The position numbers and the translations under genes are program-made. From NCBI GenBank assembly GCA_964348385.1, contig CAYGCN010000001.1, positions 537-64,536 on the forward strand: a DNA stretch of 64,000 bases. The letters run 5' to 3'. Position 1 is the stretch's first letter, and each line of letters opens with the position of its first letter. Below the pieces are notes generated by a model that was not told the origin of the DNA, did no database searches, and saw nothing but the letters and a program-made list of their open reading frames with translations. Positions 17,065 through 26,570 of the stretch are shown piece after piece. The stretch comes from an uncultured Gemmatimonadaceae bacterium (lineage in GTDB: Bacteria; Gemmatimonadota; Gemmatimonadetes; Gemmatimonadales; GWC2-71-9).

Positions 17065-19650
17065 ATGCCGTACCGTTTGCGATCGATGCGCTGCATCCGA
17101 TGCCTCATCGGTGGCGCGGGACTCACGCTATTCGCACTCGCCACCCCGGCCGGCTCGCTGGTCGCGCAGGACGTCGCCGTCCCCGATCCCCGAACGGTGC
17201 TGGGCCTCGAGATCGGTGCCGACTCGGTGCTGGCGGACTGGTCGCAAATCGGCGCCTATTTCACCGCACTCGCACGCCGATCGGAGGCTGTGCGGCTCGA
17301 CACGATCGGACGTACCACGCTCGGCAAGCCGTTGCTCATGGCGACCATCACGGCACCTAGGCATCAGGGCAACCTCGAGGTCATTCGTCAGCAACGAGCG
17401 CTGCTTGCCGATCCGCGACGCCTGCGCTCGGCACTCGAGGATTCGCTGGTTCGCTCGATGCCTTCCGTCGTGTTCATCAACAACAACATCCACTCCACGG
17501 AGGTCGCTTCCAGCCAGTTCTCGATGCAGCTCGCGCACCGCCTCGTAACCGACCCGCGATATCGACAGGTGCTCGAGAACGTCATCGTCCTGATGACTCC
17601 GTCGGCCAATCCCGATGGGTTGGACACGGTCGTGGCGTGGTATCGCCAGCACAAAGGCAGCCGATTCGAGGCAGGACCGCTTCCCTGGCTGTACCATCCG
17701 TATGTCGGGCACGACAACAATCGTGACTGGTTCATGCTGACGCAGGTCGAGAGCCAGGCCATCGCCCGAGTCCTGTATCGAGAGTGGTTCCCGGAGGTGG
17801 TGTGGGACGTGCATCAGATGGGGAACAGCGGCCCCAGGCTCTTCCTGCCACCATTCAGTGATCCGGTCAATCCGAACCTCGACCCGATCGTCGTCGAAGC
17901 GATCAACCTCGTGGGGACGGCCATGGCCGCGTCCGTGTACGACGCTGGCAAGACCGGTGTGGCGCATCAGACGCGGTTCGATCTGTGGTGGCACGGCGGG
18001 TTCCGTACGATCCCGGCCCGGCACAACATGATCGGCATCCTGTCGGAAGCCGCGAGCGCTCGCCTGGCCTCACCCATCTTTCAATCCCCGGAGGCCCTGC
18101 GGCGCAGCGAACCGGGCGTGAACTACCCGGGGCCGTGGGAGGGTGGCTGGTGGCGCCTCGGGGACATCATCGAGTACGAGTTGCTCGCCGCCGACGGCCT
18201 GCTGCAACTCGTGGCCGCACAGCGTGAGCGTTTCGTCCGGCGGTTCGTTACCCTCGGCCGGCGGGCCATCGCCGCCGGCGAGGCCGGGAACCCCTACGCG
18301 TTCCTTCTGCCGCCGGACCAGCGCGACCGGGGCGCCGAAGCCGCCCTGCTTCAGGCCCTCCTCGGTGCGGGGATCGAGATTCGGCGGGCGACGGAGCCGT
18401 TCACCGCGGACGGCGATCGCCATCCCGCGGGCACGCTCGTCATTCCCATGGCCCAGCCGTTCCGCGCCCACGTCAAGGATCTGCTGGAGCTGCAATCCTA
18501 CCCGGACCGCCGCCAATACCCGGGCGGTCCGCCGGAGACCCCCTACGATGTCGCCGGCTGGACGCTGCCCATGCAACTGGGCCTCGATGTGCGCACCGTC
18601 GCGCAGCCGTTCGAGGTTCGCAGCGAGCTGGTCCGCACGGTGGAGCCGCGACCCGGCTCGGTGATCGGCTCCGGACCACAGTGGGTGCTCACCAACCGGG
18701 CGGCGGCGGAGAGCCGTACCATCGTCGAGGCCTTGCGCTTGGGAGCGCGGGTGTGGGTGTCGGCGACACCCATCGAGGTGAACGGCACGACGGTGCCGGC
18801 GGGGTCGGTCGTGCTCGCGCCGGCGGGACGCCAGGAGCGTCTCGCGGAGCTCGTGAGAGAGCACACCGCGGCCTACGGGTTCGACGCGTGGGGGACACGG
18901 GGCCTGCGCGCTGCGGAGGGTACGATCGCGCGTCTGCCGCGAATCGGCCTCTATAAGCCGTGGGTCGCGAGTATGGACGAAGGGTGGACACGATGGGTGC
19001 TCGAGCAGCACGGTATTCCATACGTGACGGTCACCGACTCCATGGTCCGCGCCGGCCGACTCGACAGGCGGCTCGACGTGCTGCTGCTCCCCGACGTGAG
19101 TGCGAATGCCATCGTCCGCGGCTATCCGGAGTCGATCGTTCCCGCGCCCTACGCCGGGGGAATCGGTGAATCGGGCGTAGCCGCCATGGTCGAGTTCGTG
19201 CGCGGCGGAGGCACATTGGTCACGCTCGACGGATCGAGCGACTTCGCCATCGAGCACCTCGGCTTGCCCGTACGGAACGGATTGGGCCAGCGACGCGGCA
19301 TGCCCGATGCCGAGGACTTCTACGCTCCGGGCTCGGTATTCGCCGTCGAGGTTCGGCCCGGCACACCGCTCACGTCTGGCATGGATTCGACTGCCTTCGT
19401 GTATTTCGCCAATGGTGCTGCGTTCGAGGCGTCGGCGCCCGCCGAGGTGCTGGCGCGGTTTGCCGATGCGCCGCTCCGCTCGGGGTATGCGTTGAACCAG
19501 GAGCAGCTCGCCCACAAGGCGGCGCTCGTGGACGTAAAGGTAGGGGATGGTCGGGCGATCCTGTTCGGCTTCCGCCCGCAGCACCGGGGGCAGACCCACG
19601 GCACGTTCAAACTGCTGTTCAATGCGCTGCTGCTGAGCGGTCCCTCCTAG
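17065..19650 (+). CDS. Secreted peptidase M14 (zinc carboxypeptidase) family protein, 861 aa
   Basis: Track ORF 16798..19650 trimmed to the ATG at 17065, which gives a signal peptide (…LTLFALATPAGSLVAQD). An M14-like HSTE zinc motif is present (NNNIHSTEVAS), and also NPDG and HDNNRDW. Confidence 0.8.
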   Translation: MPYRLRSMRCIRCLIGGAGLTLFALATPAGSLVAQDVAVPDPRTVLGLEIGADSVLADWSQIGAYFTALARRSEAVRLDTIGRTTLGKPLLMATITAPRHQGNLEVIRQQRALLADPRRLRSALEDSLVRSMPSVVFINNNIHSTEVASSQFSMQLAHRLVTDPRYRQVLENVIVLMTPSANPDGLDTVVAWYRQHKGSRFEAGPLPWLYHPYVGHDNNRDWFMLTQVESQAIARVLYREWFPEVVWDVHQMGNSGPRLFLPPFSDPVNPNLDPIVVEAINLVGTAMAASVYDAGKTGVAHQTRFDLWWHGGFRTIPARHNMIGILSEAASARLASPIFQSPEALRRSEPGVNYPGPWEGGWWRLGDIIEYELLAADGLLQLVAAQRERFVRRFVTLGRRAIAAGEAGNPYAFLLPPDQRDRGAEAALLQALLGAGIEIRRATEPFTADGDRHPAGTLVIPMAQPFRAHVKDLLELQSYPDRRQYPGGPPETPYDVAGWTLPMQLGLDVRTVAQPFEVRSELVRTVEPRPGSVIGSGPQWVLTNRAAAESRTIVEALRLGARVWVSATPIEVNGTTVPAGSVVLAPAGRQERLAELVREHTAAYGFDAWGTRGLRAAEGTIARLPRIGLYKPWVASMDEGWTRWVLEQHGIPYVTVTDSMVRAGRLDRRLDVLLLPDVSANAIVRGYPESIVPAPYAGGIGESGVAAMVEFVRGGGTLVTLDGSSDFAIEHLGLPVRNGLGQRRGMPDAEDFYAPGSVFAVEVRPGTPLTSGMDSTAFVYFANGAAFEASAPAEVLARFADAPLRSGYALNQEQLAHKAALVDVKVGDGRAILFGFRPQHRGQTHGTFKLLFNALLLSGPS

Positions 19651-20269
19651 CCGACCCACCCTCGAGGGCAGGGAGTGTCGGCCTCGAGAGCCAACGCCGC
19701 TCCGGCAAACAGAACCGCAGCGGCCAGTCCTTGGCCTGCGAGATGCCGACGCGGGGCCCCGTAAGGATGCGGTGCCGCACGCGCGATCGGCGGGGCAGGA
19801 CGCGCAGCGGGCCATCCACCAACGAGACGCCGTCGTGCGCTCCGGTGATACCCAGGGCCTGACACAGGCGTCCCGGGCCCGAACACAGGAGCCGGGCATC
19901 CGTCATGCCGCGCCGCTCCATCATGATGTCGATCCCCTCGACCGGTTCCAGCGCGCGCAGCAGCACGGCGGTCGGGACACCCGCGCGCTCGGTCACGGCG
20001 TTCGCGCACCAGTGCACACCGTAGCTGCGGAACACGTAGATCGTTCCGGGCACGCCGAACAACGATCGATTGCGGCGGGTCCGCCGATTGCGGTATCCGT
20101 GATCGGCGGGGTCATGGCTTCCGACATAGGCCTCCACTTCCACGATACGCCCCGCGACGACCCGTCCGTCGATAGCGCTCTCGAGGACGCACCCTAACAA
20201 ATCGCGCGCGACACGGGCCGTGTCGCGCGCGAAGAACGACGGACCGAGGGGTGACCCCCTCGCAGTCAC
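19619..20269 (-). CDS. mpg: DNA-3-methyladenine glycosylase (AAG/Mpg family)
   Basis: FFARDTARVARDLLG, GRIVEVEAYVG..D.A.H, YVFRSYGVHWCANAV. GTGA overlap with the upstream gene. The 3' end overlaps the convergent M14 gene by 32 nt. Confidence 0.85.
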   Translation of the reverse strand: MTARGSPLGPSFFARDTARVARDLLGCVLESAIDGRVVAGRIVEVEAYVGSHDPADHGYRNRRTRRNRSLFGVPGTIYVFRSYGVHWCANAVTERAGVPTAVLLRALEPVEGIDIMMERRGMTDARLLCSGPGRLCQALGITGAHDGVSLVDGPLRVLPRRSRVRHRILTGPRVGISQAKDWPLRFCLPERRWLSRPTLPALEGGSARRDRSAAAH

Positions 20270-22098
20270 TCGGCGTCCGGCCCTTTCATCACCCGCTGCA
20301 GCGCCGCCGACATGCGACGCAACAGGCTGTCCTCGTCGGCCACACCGCCCTTGGGAGCGGGAGCTGGTGTCGGTTCCGGCTGGGGCGCCGGTGCGCTGGT
20401 CTCCGGTTGCTCAGCGGCCGAGGACCGAGACCCAGCATCGTCGCCTTTCGCTGCGCCGGAGTCCGGCGAGCTCCCGGAGGACGCGGGCTGCGATCCGGGC
20501 ATCCCCCGCTGACTGCCGACGCGAGGACCGATGGACGGCGCGCCGGGAGTGGCGCGTCGTGCTTCCGGTAACGGGGCCGAGGTCCGGTTCGTGGGCCGAG
20601 CCCGCTCAGTATCGCCGGCGGGCGCTGCCCGCTGAGGGCCCGAGCCACCACCACGTGAACCACGACGAAACCGCGGATTCCGCTTCCTCGGCGCGGGCGC
20701 CGACGCCGCGGTGTCCTTTTCGGGTGCAGCGGCTTTCGGCTCGACTGCCGCCTTGTCACTCTGGGACGTCGGCGTAGCATCACCCTTGGCCCGACGGCCT
20801 CTCCCACGTGTGGACTTGCGGGTGCTGGCGCGGCGCGAGCGCGCAGCCTTCTCGGCCGGCTGGTCATCGGGCGCATCCTCGGGCGACACGTCCGCCGACG
20901 ATCCGTCCTGCGCCTCAGCACCTGCGACCGCTTCAGGAGTGAGCCGAAGGTCGTAGCCATCGCCTTCGGTCTTTGCCAGCTCGATCACGTTCGCGTCGTG
21001 TGCCTGCCGCAACATCCGATGGTACCGAGGTCGCTCGAACAGCGGGTCGCCGTCCTCACCCAACAGCTCGACCATCTTGTCCCGGGCTTCGTCGGCGCCG
21101 ACCGACGTGTCGCCGACGGCCCCGAGCACGAGGAGCGCCTGCTTGAGCAACTCGAACGCTTCGGCGAGGCTCAGGTGACGGCCACGCGCCTCCTGGCGCT
21201 CTGCGGGCTCGGTGTCCCGTCGTCGCGGGGACCGCTTGCGTCGGGACTTGGCGGCCGGTGCGCGATCGCGCGCCACGGGCTCGCGCTTCTTGAACTCCGC
21301 CTCGTCCTCGGGCGAGACGTTCGCGTTCTCGCCGACGTCGATCGCGTACTGGCCGTTCTCCATCTTCTCGATGGTCAACAGGCCACGCTGGGCAGCCTCC
21401 ACCACGAACTTGCTGAACCGACTGAAGCCGGCATCCTTCTCGGTGAAGCTCGCGTCGATGCTCTGCATGACCTGCTTGAGGCGGTCCGAGCGCATGACGT
21501 CGTCCTCGTGCTTCATGTGGGTCACGGCTTCGACCACCAGTTCCCACGGGTCACGACGCATGAGCTCCACGTCGGCCTCCTTGGTGAGGCCCGTCAGCTC
21601 CGTGTAGCTGAAGTACTCGTCGCAGTTCTGGATCAGGAGATCGCTGGACGACTCCCGGATCCCCACGCCGATCACGTATTTCCCGTACTCCTTCAGCTTG
21701 AGCACGAGGCTCGAGAAGTCGGAGTCACCCGAGAGCAGGATGAAGGTCCCGATCTCCGGACGCGTGAAGACCAGCTCCAGTGCATCGATGGCCAGTCGGA
21801 TATCGGTGGCGTTCTTCTTATTCGAGCCGAACGCCGGGGCAAAGATGAGATCGATGGACGACTCGGACAGCGGGACAATGTACTGCGGGTAGCGACGCCA
21901 GTCGGCGTACGCGCGCTGAACGGCGACCTTGCCCTTGATCATCTCCGAATCGAGGAGTCGCCGCAGTTGACTCTGGAGATCCGACCGGATCCCCAAAGTC
22001 ACGTTGTCGAAATCGATGAGCAGAGCCGCATTGGGCGCATGCACCAGCGGCTCACGGGGGGCGGACCGACCGGGTCGCCCTGGACTGAATTCCCTCAC
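20266..22098 (-). CDS. NYN-domain (LabA-like) protein with two OST-HTH/LOTUS-like domains and a long basic, disordered C-terminal tail
   Basis: NYN core: ALLIDFDN...[12 protein letters not shown]...[33 protein letters not shown]-like segments follow ([13 protein letters not shown]...[18 protein letters not shown], and a second around [13 protein letters not shown]). The last ~230 aa are rich in Arg, Pro, Ser and Ala. Confidence 0.8.
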   Translation of the reverse strand: MREFSPGRPGRSAPREPLVHAPNAALLIDFDNVTLGIRSDLQSQLRRLLDSEMIKGKVAVQRAYADWRRYPQYIVPLSESSIDLIFAPAFGSNKKNATDIRLAIDALELVFTRPEIGTFILLSGDSDFSSLVLKLKEYGKYVIGVGIRESSSDLLIQNCDEYFSYTELTGLTKEADVELMRRDPWELVVEAVTHMKHEDDVMRSDRLKQVMQSIDASFTEKDAGFSRFSKFVVEAAQRGLLTIEKMENGQYAIDVGENANVSPEDEAEFKKREPVARDRAPAAKSRRKRSPRRRDTEPAERQEARGRHLSLAEAFELLKQALLVLGAVGDTSVGADEARDKMVELLGEDGDPLFERPRYHRMLRQAHDANVIELAKTEGDGYDLRLTPEAVAGAEAQDGSSADVSPEDAPDDQPAEKAARSRRASTRKSTRGRGRRAKGDATPTSQSDKAAVEPKAAAPEKDTAASAPAPRKRNPRFRRGSRGGGSGPQRAAPAGDTERARPTNRTSAPLPEARRATPGAPSIGPRVGSQRGMPGSQPASSGSSPDSGAAKGDDAGSRSSAAEQPETSAPAPQPEPTPAPAPKGGVADEDSLLRRMSAALQRVMKGPDAE

Positions 22099-23666
22099 GT
22101 CGTACTCAATTCCAGTCCCACGATCTGCGCCAGCTCCTGTCGCATCACCTTGCCGCTCCCGGTCATCGGAAAGGCGTCGAAGAAACGGACGCAGTCTGGG
22201 ACCTTGTAGTCAGCCACTTGCTCGCGGCAGTAGTCCTTGAGTTCGTCCCCCGAAACGATGGCCCCTTCCACTGGAATCACGCACGCGCAGATCATCTCGC
22301 CGAGGACTTCGTTGGGGACCCCGACAACACATGCGGACTCCACGGCCGGGTGCATCCGGAGGACATCTTCCAGTTCCCGCGGAAACACGTTGTAGCCGCC
22401 GCGAATGATCATCTCCTTGCGGCGACCGACGATGCTCACGTAGCCCTGATCGTCGATCATCGCCAGATCACCCGTCAGCAGGAAGCCGTCCGCGGTGAGC
22501 GACTTCTGGGTTGCCGCCGGCATCCGGAGGTACCCCGCCATGACGTTCGGGCCCCGGACCGCCAACTCGCCTACCGCCTCCGACTCATGCAGCGTGCCAG
22601 ATGTCACGTCCACCACCCGTGCCTCCACGTCCGTGATCGGCCGACCGACGGTCCCCTCGCGCCGCTCCGGGGGATCGTCGAAGCGGGTGATGGACACCGT
22701 CGGACCGGTTTCGGTCAGGCCGTAGGCGATCTGTACGTCGTTCCACCGTCGGATCCGGCGCACCAGGTCAACGGATACCGGGCTTCCGGCCACGATGCCG
22801 GTCCGCACGGAGGACAGGTTCCGGCTCCCGAACGAGGCGTCCGCCATCAGGAGCTGGAACATCGTGGGCACACCGCTGAACACGGTGATGTGCTCGCGCT
22901 CGACGACACCCAGGGCGCGTTCGGGATCGAACTCCCCGTCGACGACCAGCGTGCTGCCGGCGAGCAGCGCCGTGATCGCGATCTGCATCCCGAAGACCGT
23001 GAAGAACGGCACGGTCGCCAGGACGCGATCGGTCTCACGCTGCTCGAGCGCCTCGATCACTGCCAGCGCGGTGTGCACCAGGTTCCGATGGGTCAAAACC
23101 GATCCTTTCGGCTTCCCCATCGTCCCGGACGTGTAGATGATGGCCAGCGGGGCCCGCGTGGGATCGAGATCGGCGATCGCGCTGGGCCCGCGTCGCCCGC
23201 GCGTCACGAGATCGCCGAACTGGAACACGCGGTCGTCGTACCAGAAGTCCTCCCGGCCCACCGAGACCAGATACTGGAGATCGGGGAGGTCCCCGATCAG
23301 GTCCTCGAACAGCTCGAGATAGTCCACGTCCCCCAGCGACTCGGAGGCGACCGCCAGCACCGCCTCGGTGTTCCGCAGCTGGTAGCGGACCTCGTGAAAC
23401 CCGAGTGCCGGATGGAGCGGCACGAAGACGGCCCCGAGCCGCGCGGTGGCGAGCAGCGTGACGACCCACTCCGGCAAGTTGGGCAGATCGACGGCGACGC
23501 GATCCCCTCCCTCGATGCCCAAGGCAGCCAGGCCCGACGCAAGTGCGGCCGATTCGGCGCTCACCTGGGCGTAGGTGAGCCGCCGGTTGCCCATGACGAC
23601 ACATTCGTGGTCGGGATGGCGACGGACCTGCTGGTCGAAGCGCTCCGCCAGATGGTACGAACTCAA
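22095..23666 (-). CDS. AMP-dependent synthetase/ligase (acyl-CoA synthetase family)
   Basis: AMP-binding motif [12 protein letters not shown], also YGLTE and [22 protein letters not shown]. Confidence 0.85.
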   Translation of the reverse strand: MSSYHLAERFDQQVRRHPDHECVVMGNRRLTYAQVSAESAALASGLAALGIEGGDRVAVDLPNLPEWVVTLLATARLGAVFVPLHPALGFHEVRYQLRNTEAVLAVASESLGDVDYLELFEDLIGDLPDLQYLVSVGREDFWYDDRVFQFGDLVTRGRRGPSAIADLDPTRAPLAIIYTSGTMGKPKGSVLTHRNLVHTALAVIEALEQRETDRVLATVPFFTVFGMQIAITALLAGSTLVVDGEFDPERALGVVEREHITVFSGVPTMFQLLMADASFGSRNLSSVRTGIVAGSPVSVDLVRRIRRWNDVQIAYGLTETGPTVSITRFDDPPERREGTVGRPITDVEARVVDVTSGTLHESEAVGELAVRGPNVMAGYLRMPAATQKSLTADGFLLTGDLAMIDDQGYVSIVGRRKEMIIRGGYNVFPRELEDVLRMHPAVESACVVGVPNEVLGEMICACVIPVEGAIVSGDELKDYCREQVADYKVPDCVRFFDAFPMTGSGKVMRQELAQIVGLELSTT

Positions 23667-23722
23667 ACCCCCTCCTACACGCCCGAACCCACTAACTTAA
23701 CGGTGGCGGAAACCCTCTACAA

Positions 23723-24142
23723 CTACTCGCCCATCACCTTCACGATTACGCGCTTGCGGCGCTTCCCGTCCCACTCGCCATAGAACACCCGCTGCCACGG
23801 CCCGAGATCCAGGGCGCCATCCGTGATCGGCACGATCACCTCGTGGCCGATCGTCAGACTCCGAAGGTGCGCGGCCCCATTGTCCTCGCCCGTCTCATTG
23901 TGGCGATAGCGATCAGGATCCCAGGGTGCCACGGTCTCCTCGAGCCACTGCAGGATGTCGTGCCACAAGCCCGACTCGTGATCGTTGACGAACACCGACG
24001 CCGTGATGTGCATGGCGGACACGAGCACCATTCCTTCCTGAATGCCGCTCGCCTCCACCTCCTCCGCCACCCGGTCGGTGATGTCGATGATGTCCTGGCG
24101 CTTCTTGGTGTTGAACCAGAGATACTCGGTGTGGGTCTTCAT
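23723..24142 (-). CDS. yjbQ: YjbQ/UPF0047 family protein (secondary thiamine-phosphate synthase family)
   Basis: Highly characteristic sequence: ITDRV...[22 protein letters not shown]...WLE...P......H...[13 protein letters not shown]. Confidence 0.85.
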   Translation of the reverse strand: MKTHTEYLWFNTKKRQDIIDITDRVAEEVEASGIQEGMVLVSAMHITASVFVNDHESGLWHDILQWLEETVAPWDPDRYRHNETGEDNGAAHLRSLTIGHEVIVPITDGALDLGPWQRVFYGEWDGKRRKRVIVKVMGE

Positions 24143-24227
24143 GACGTACGTGTCTCGGGTTGACGCCGCAGGCGGCTCCGGCGTCGCTCACCGCGCAGGC
24201 ATACCTCGTATCAACTGCGCGCGCGTC

Positions 24228-24779
24228 TCAGACCGCCTTCAGCTGCGTGACCGTCTCGCTGCCGTAGAACAGCCGGATGTACTTCTCTTGAATCGGCGTG
24301 AGTCGCCGCACCGCCCACGTGAGGTAGACGAAGTGCGGCACGGCGGGAATCGTCCGGAGATGGAGCCCGCACTCCTCGGGCAACCGGTTGCCCTTGCGGG
24401 TATTGCAGGTGGAGCAGGCCGTCACGACGTTGGTCCAGTCGTTGGTCCCACCTCGTGACAGCGGGACGATGTGATCACGGGTGAGACACTCTCGGAAGCC
24501 CAGACCGGGCTCCGACCGTCCACAAAACTGGCAGGCATATCCGTCGCGGGCGAACAGGAAGGTGTTGGTGACCTGCCGGCGGAACTTCCGGGGCACGTGA
24601 ACGAACCGCACCAATCGGATCACGGCCGGATGCGGAATGCTGAGCCGCTCGCTGCGCACGACGCGGTGTCCATCGGCCTCGACGATCTCCGCCTTACCGT
24701 CGATCACGAGCCGAAGCGCGCGACGGACGGGAACCATCGTAATGGGTTCGAACGAGGCGTTGAGAGTCAGACAGCGCAC
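24228..24779 (-). CDS. HNH endonuclease (stand-alone, 183 aa)
   Basis: Track ORF trimmed to the GTG at 24777-24779 (GGAGG 4 nt upstream), giving VRCLTLNASFEPI... HNH core: RDGYACQFCG...LTRDHIVPLSRGG...WTNVVTACSTCNTRKGNR. Confidence 0.8.
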   Translation of the reverse strand: MRCLTLNASFEPITMVPVRRALRLVIDGKAEIVEADGHRVVRSERLSIPHPAVIRLVRFVHVPRKFRRQVTNTFLFARDGYACQFCGRSEPGLGFRECLTRDHIVPLSRGGTNDWTNVVTACSTCNTRKGNRLPEECGLHLRTIPAVPHFVYLTWAVRRLTPIQEKYIRLFYGSETVTQLKAV

Positions 24780-24804
24780 AGGGCCTCCATTCCTGCTACA
24801 ACAA

Positions 24805-24837
24805 CCCCGCCGCGTCCGGTTCCGGGACGGGCGGGGG
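24805..24837 (-). promoter_or_regulatory. GC-rich hairpin in the predicted 5' leader of the HNH gene, followed by UUGUUGU
   Basis: Minus strand reads CCCCGCC-C-GUCC [CGGAACC] GGAC-GC-GGCGGGG, followed by UUGUUGUAG and then the SD GGAGG. It lies between the predicted TSS (~24846) and the GTG at 24779. Confidence 0.4.
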
Positions 24838-24852
24838 AGGCAGGTTGCCCTA

Positions 24853-24881
24853 ATTGTACGCCGCCTCCTAAAACATTGCAA
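24853..24881 (-). promoter_or_regulatory. Strong sigma70-like promoter reading toward the HNH gene
   Basis: Minus strand reads TTGCAA (24881-24876), a 17-nt spacer (TGTTTTAGGAGGCGGCG), then TACAAT (24858-24853). It is the most AT-rich patch of this intergenic region. Confidence 0.6.
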
Positions 24882-25137
24882 TGGGTGGTGTTACGCACGG
24901 GTGATCGGGGGTCCCGGTCGCCGAGGCCGGCGCACACCCCTGAGCACGGCGACCATTGGGCGATCCCAGGCATCGTTACTGCCGGGCAGCGGCCGCACGA
25001 ACTGAAACCGCTCGGTCGTGTGCCTCGTAGAGAACAGCAGCACGCGGCGTGTCGGCGGCCTTGCTGCCTGGCAAGGCACTCGCGTCGAGGGGACGAGCGG
25101 GACCACGCACAGCCCGGCCCGATGCGCCGAATACCGA

Positions 25138-25164
25138 GGGGGAGGGATACCACGTCCCTCCCCC
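25138..25164 (-). terminator. Hairpin 21 nt downstream of the argH stop (candidate intrinsic terminator, weak U-tract)
   Basis: Minus strand reads GGGGGAGGGA [CGUGGUA] UCCCUCCCCC, a perfect 10-bp stem. The tail UCGGUAUUCGG is only moderately U-rich. Confidence 0.45.
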
Positions 25165-25184
25165 TCCACGTTCCGGACGGGTCG

Positions 25185-26570
25185 TCAGGTATCGAGCAGG
25201 GCGGCTTTCAGCGCTGCGATCTGGCGAGTGACGGAAGCCCGGCTGGATCCCCCCGCGGTGGCCCGCCGCTCCACCGAGTCCTCCCACGACCCGAGCGACG
25301 CCACCAGACCCGGCAACGCCGGATGAACCGCCTCGACGTCGCGAGCCGGCAGCCCGGAGAACGGGACGCCGCGTTCCTCGGCCAGGCGTACCACACGCCC
25401 CACCAGCTCGTGGGCTTGGCGGAACGGGACGCCGCCGGCCACGAGCCCGTCGGCCAGGTCGGTTGCCATCAGGCTTCCATCCAGCGCGGCCGCCATGCGT
25501 TCGGCACACGGCGTCAGCGTCTCGATCGCCCCGCGCACGGCGGGCAGCGTGGCGAGAACGGCGTCCACGGCCCCGAACAGATACGCCTTGTCCTCCTGCA
25601 GGTCCTTGCTGTACCCGGCGGGGAGGCCCCGCAACAGATGCAGCAGGCCCGCGAGGCCGCTCGTCACGCCGGCGCTCTTGGCGCGAGCAAGCTCGAACAC
25701 GTCCGGATTCCGTTTCTGCGGGAGGAGGCTCGACCCGGTGCTGAAGCCGTCGGCCAGGCGCACGAAGCCGTACTCACTCGAGGCGTAGCCGACCAACTCG
25801 CCGCCGAGCCGCGAGACGTGGAGGGCCACCATGACGAGGGCGAACAGCAGGTCGGCGACGAAGTCCCGGTCGCCGGTCACATCGAGGCTGTTGCCTGCCG
25901 TGCGCGCGAATCCCAGAATTTTCCGCAGTTCGTCACGATCCACGGCGATACCGGAGCCGGCAAGGGCGCCGGCACCGAGGGGGAGATCGGACATACGGTC
26001 GGCCACCGATTGCAGGCGCTGCCGATCACGGGCCAGTGGCCACGCGTGCGCCAGGAGCACATACGCCCATCGGACCGGCTGCGCCCGCTGTCCATGCGTG
26101 TAGCCGGGAAGCAGCAGGTCGATGCCCTGCTCCGCCTGCTCGAGGAGGGCGGCCCCGAGCGCCGCGACCTCGCGATCGACCGCGGCCACCGCATCCAGGC
26201 ACCACAGGCGGAGATCCGTCGCCACTTGGTCGTTGCGGGAGCGGCCCGTGTTGAGCTTTCCGGCGAGCTCACCGATCTCCTCGAACAGAAGCCGCTCCAC
26301 CAGCGTATGCACGTCCTCGTCCGGCGCCTCCGCCGCGATCCCGGCTTCCAGCCGTTGGGCCACACGATCGAGCCCGTCAATCGTGGTGCGTGCTTCCGAT
26401 GCCGTCAGGACGCCCGCGTGCCGCAGGGCAGTGGCCCAAGCCTTCGCCGCCCGCACATCCTGCGGCCAGAGGCGCTGATCGATGGGGAGACTCCGGTTCA
26501 GCCGGTCCGCGGCCTCGTCCAGCGAGCCCGCAAACCGCCCACCCCAGAGATGGTGTCGCGGTCCAGGCAT
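25185..26570 (-). CDS. argH: Argininosuccinate lyase
   Basis: Track ORF trimmed to the ATG at 26568-26570 (MPGPRHHLWGGRFAG...). The fumarate-lyase signature GSSLLPQKRNPD is present. The start overlaps the PBP1A stop as TAATG. Confidence 0.9.
   Translation of the reverse strand: MPGPRHHLWGGRFAGSLDEAADRLNRSLPIDQRLWPQDVRAAKAWATALRHAGVLTASEARTTIDGLDRVAQRLEAGIAAEAPDEDVHTLVERLLFEEIGELAGKLNTGRSRNDQVATDLRLWCLDAVAAVDREVAALGAALLEQAEQGIDLLLPGYTHGQRAQPVRWAYVLLAHAWPLARDRQRLQSVADRMSDLPLGAGALAGSGIAVDRDELRKILGFARTAGNSLDVTGDRDFVADLLFALVMVALHVSRLGGELVGYASSEYGFVRLADGFSTGSSLLPQKRNPDVFELARAKSAGVTSGLAGLLHLLRGLPAGYSKDLQEDKAYLFGAVDAVLATLPAVRGAIETLTPCAERMAAALDGSLMATDLADGLVAGGVPFRQAHELVGRVVRLAEERGVPFSGLPARDVEAVHPALPGLVASLGSWEDSVERRATAGGSSRASVTRQIAALKAALLDT

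Noticed and set aside
25104-25112. CACGCACAG, identical to the 5' core of the Vc2 c-di-GMP-I riboswitch, near GGGAC...AGCCCGGCC
   Set aside because: The match is on the plus strand, where the downstream sequence is antisense to argH. The GCAAACC / tetraloop-receptor parts of GEMM-I are absent. It is most likely chance in GC-rich sequence.
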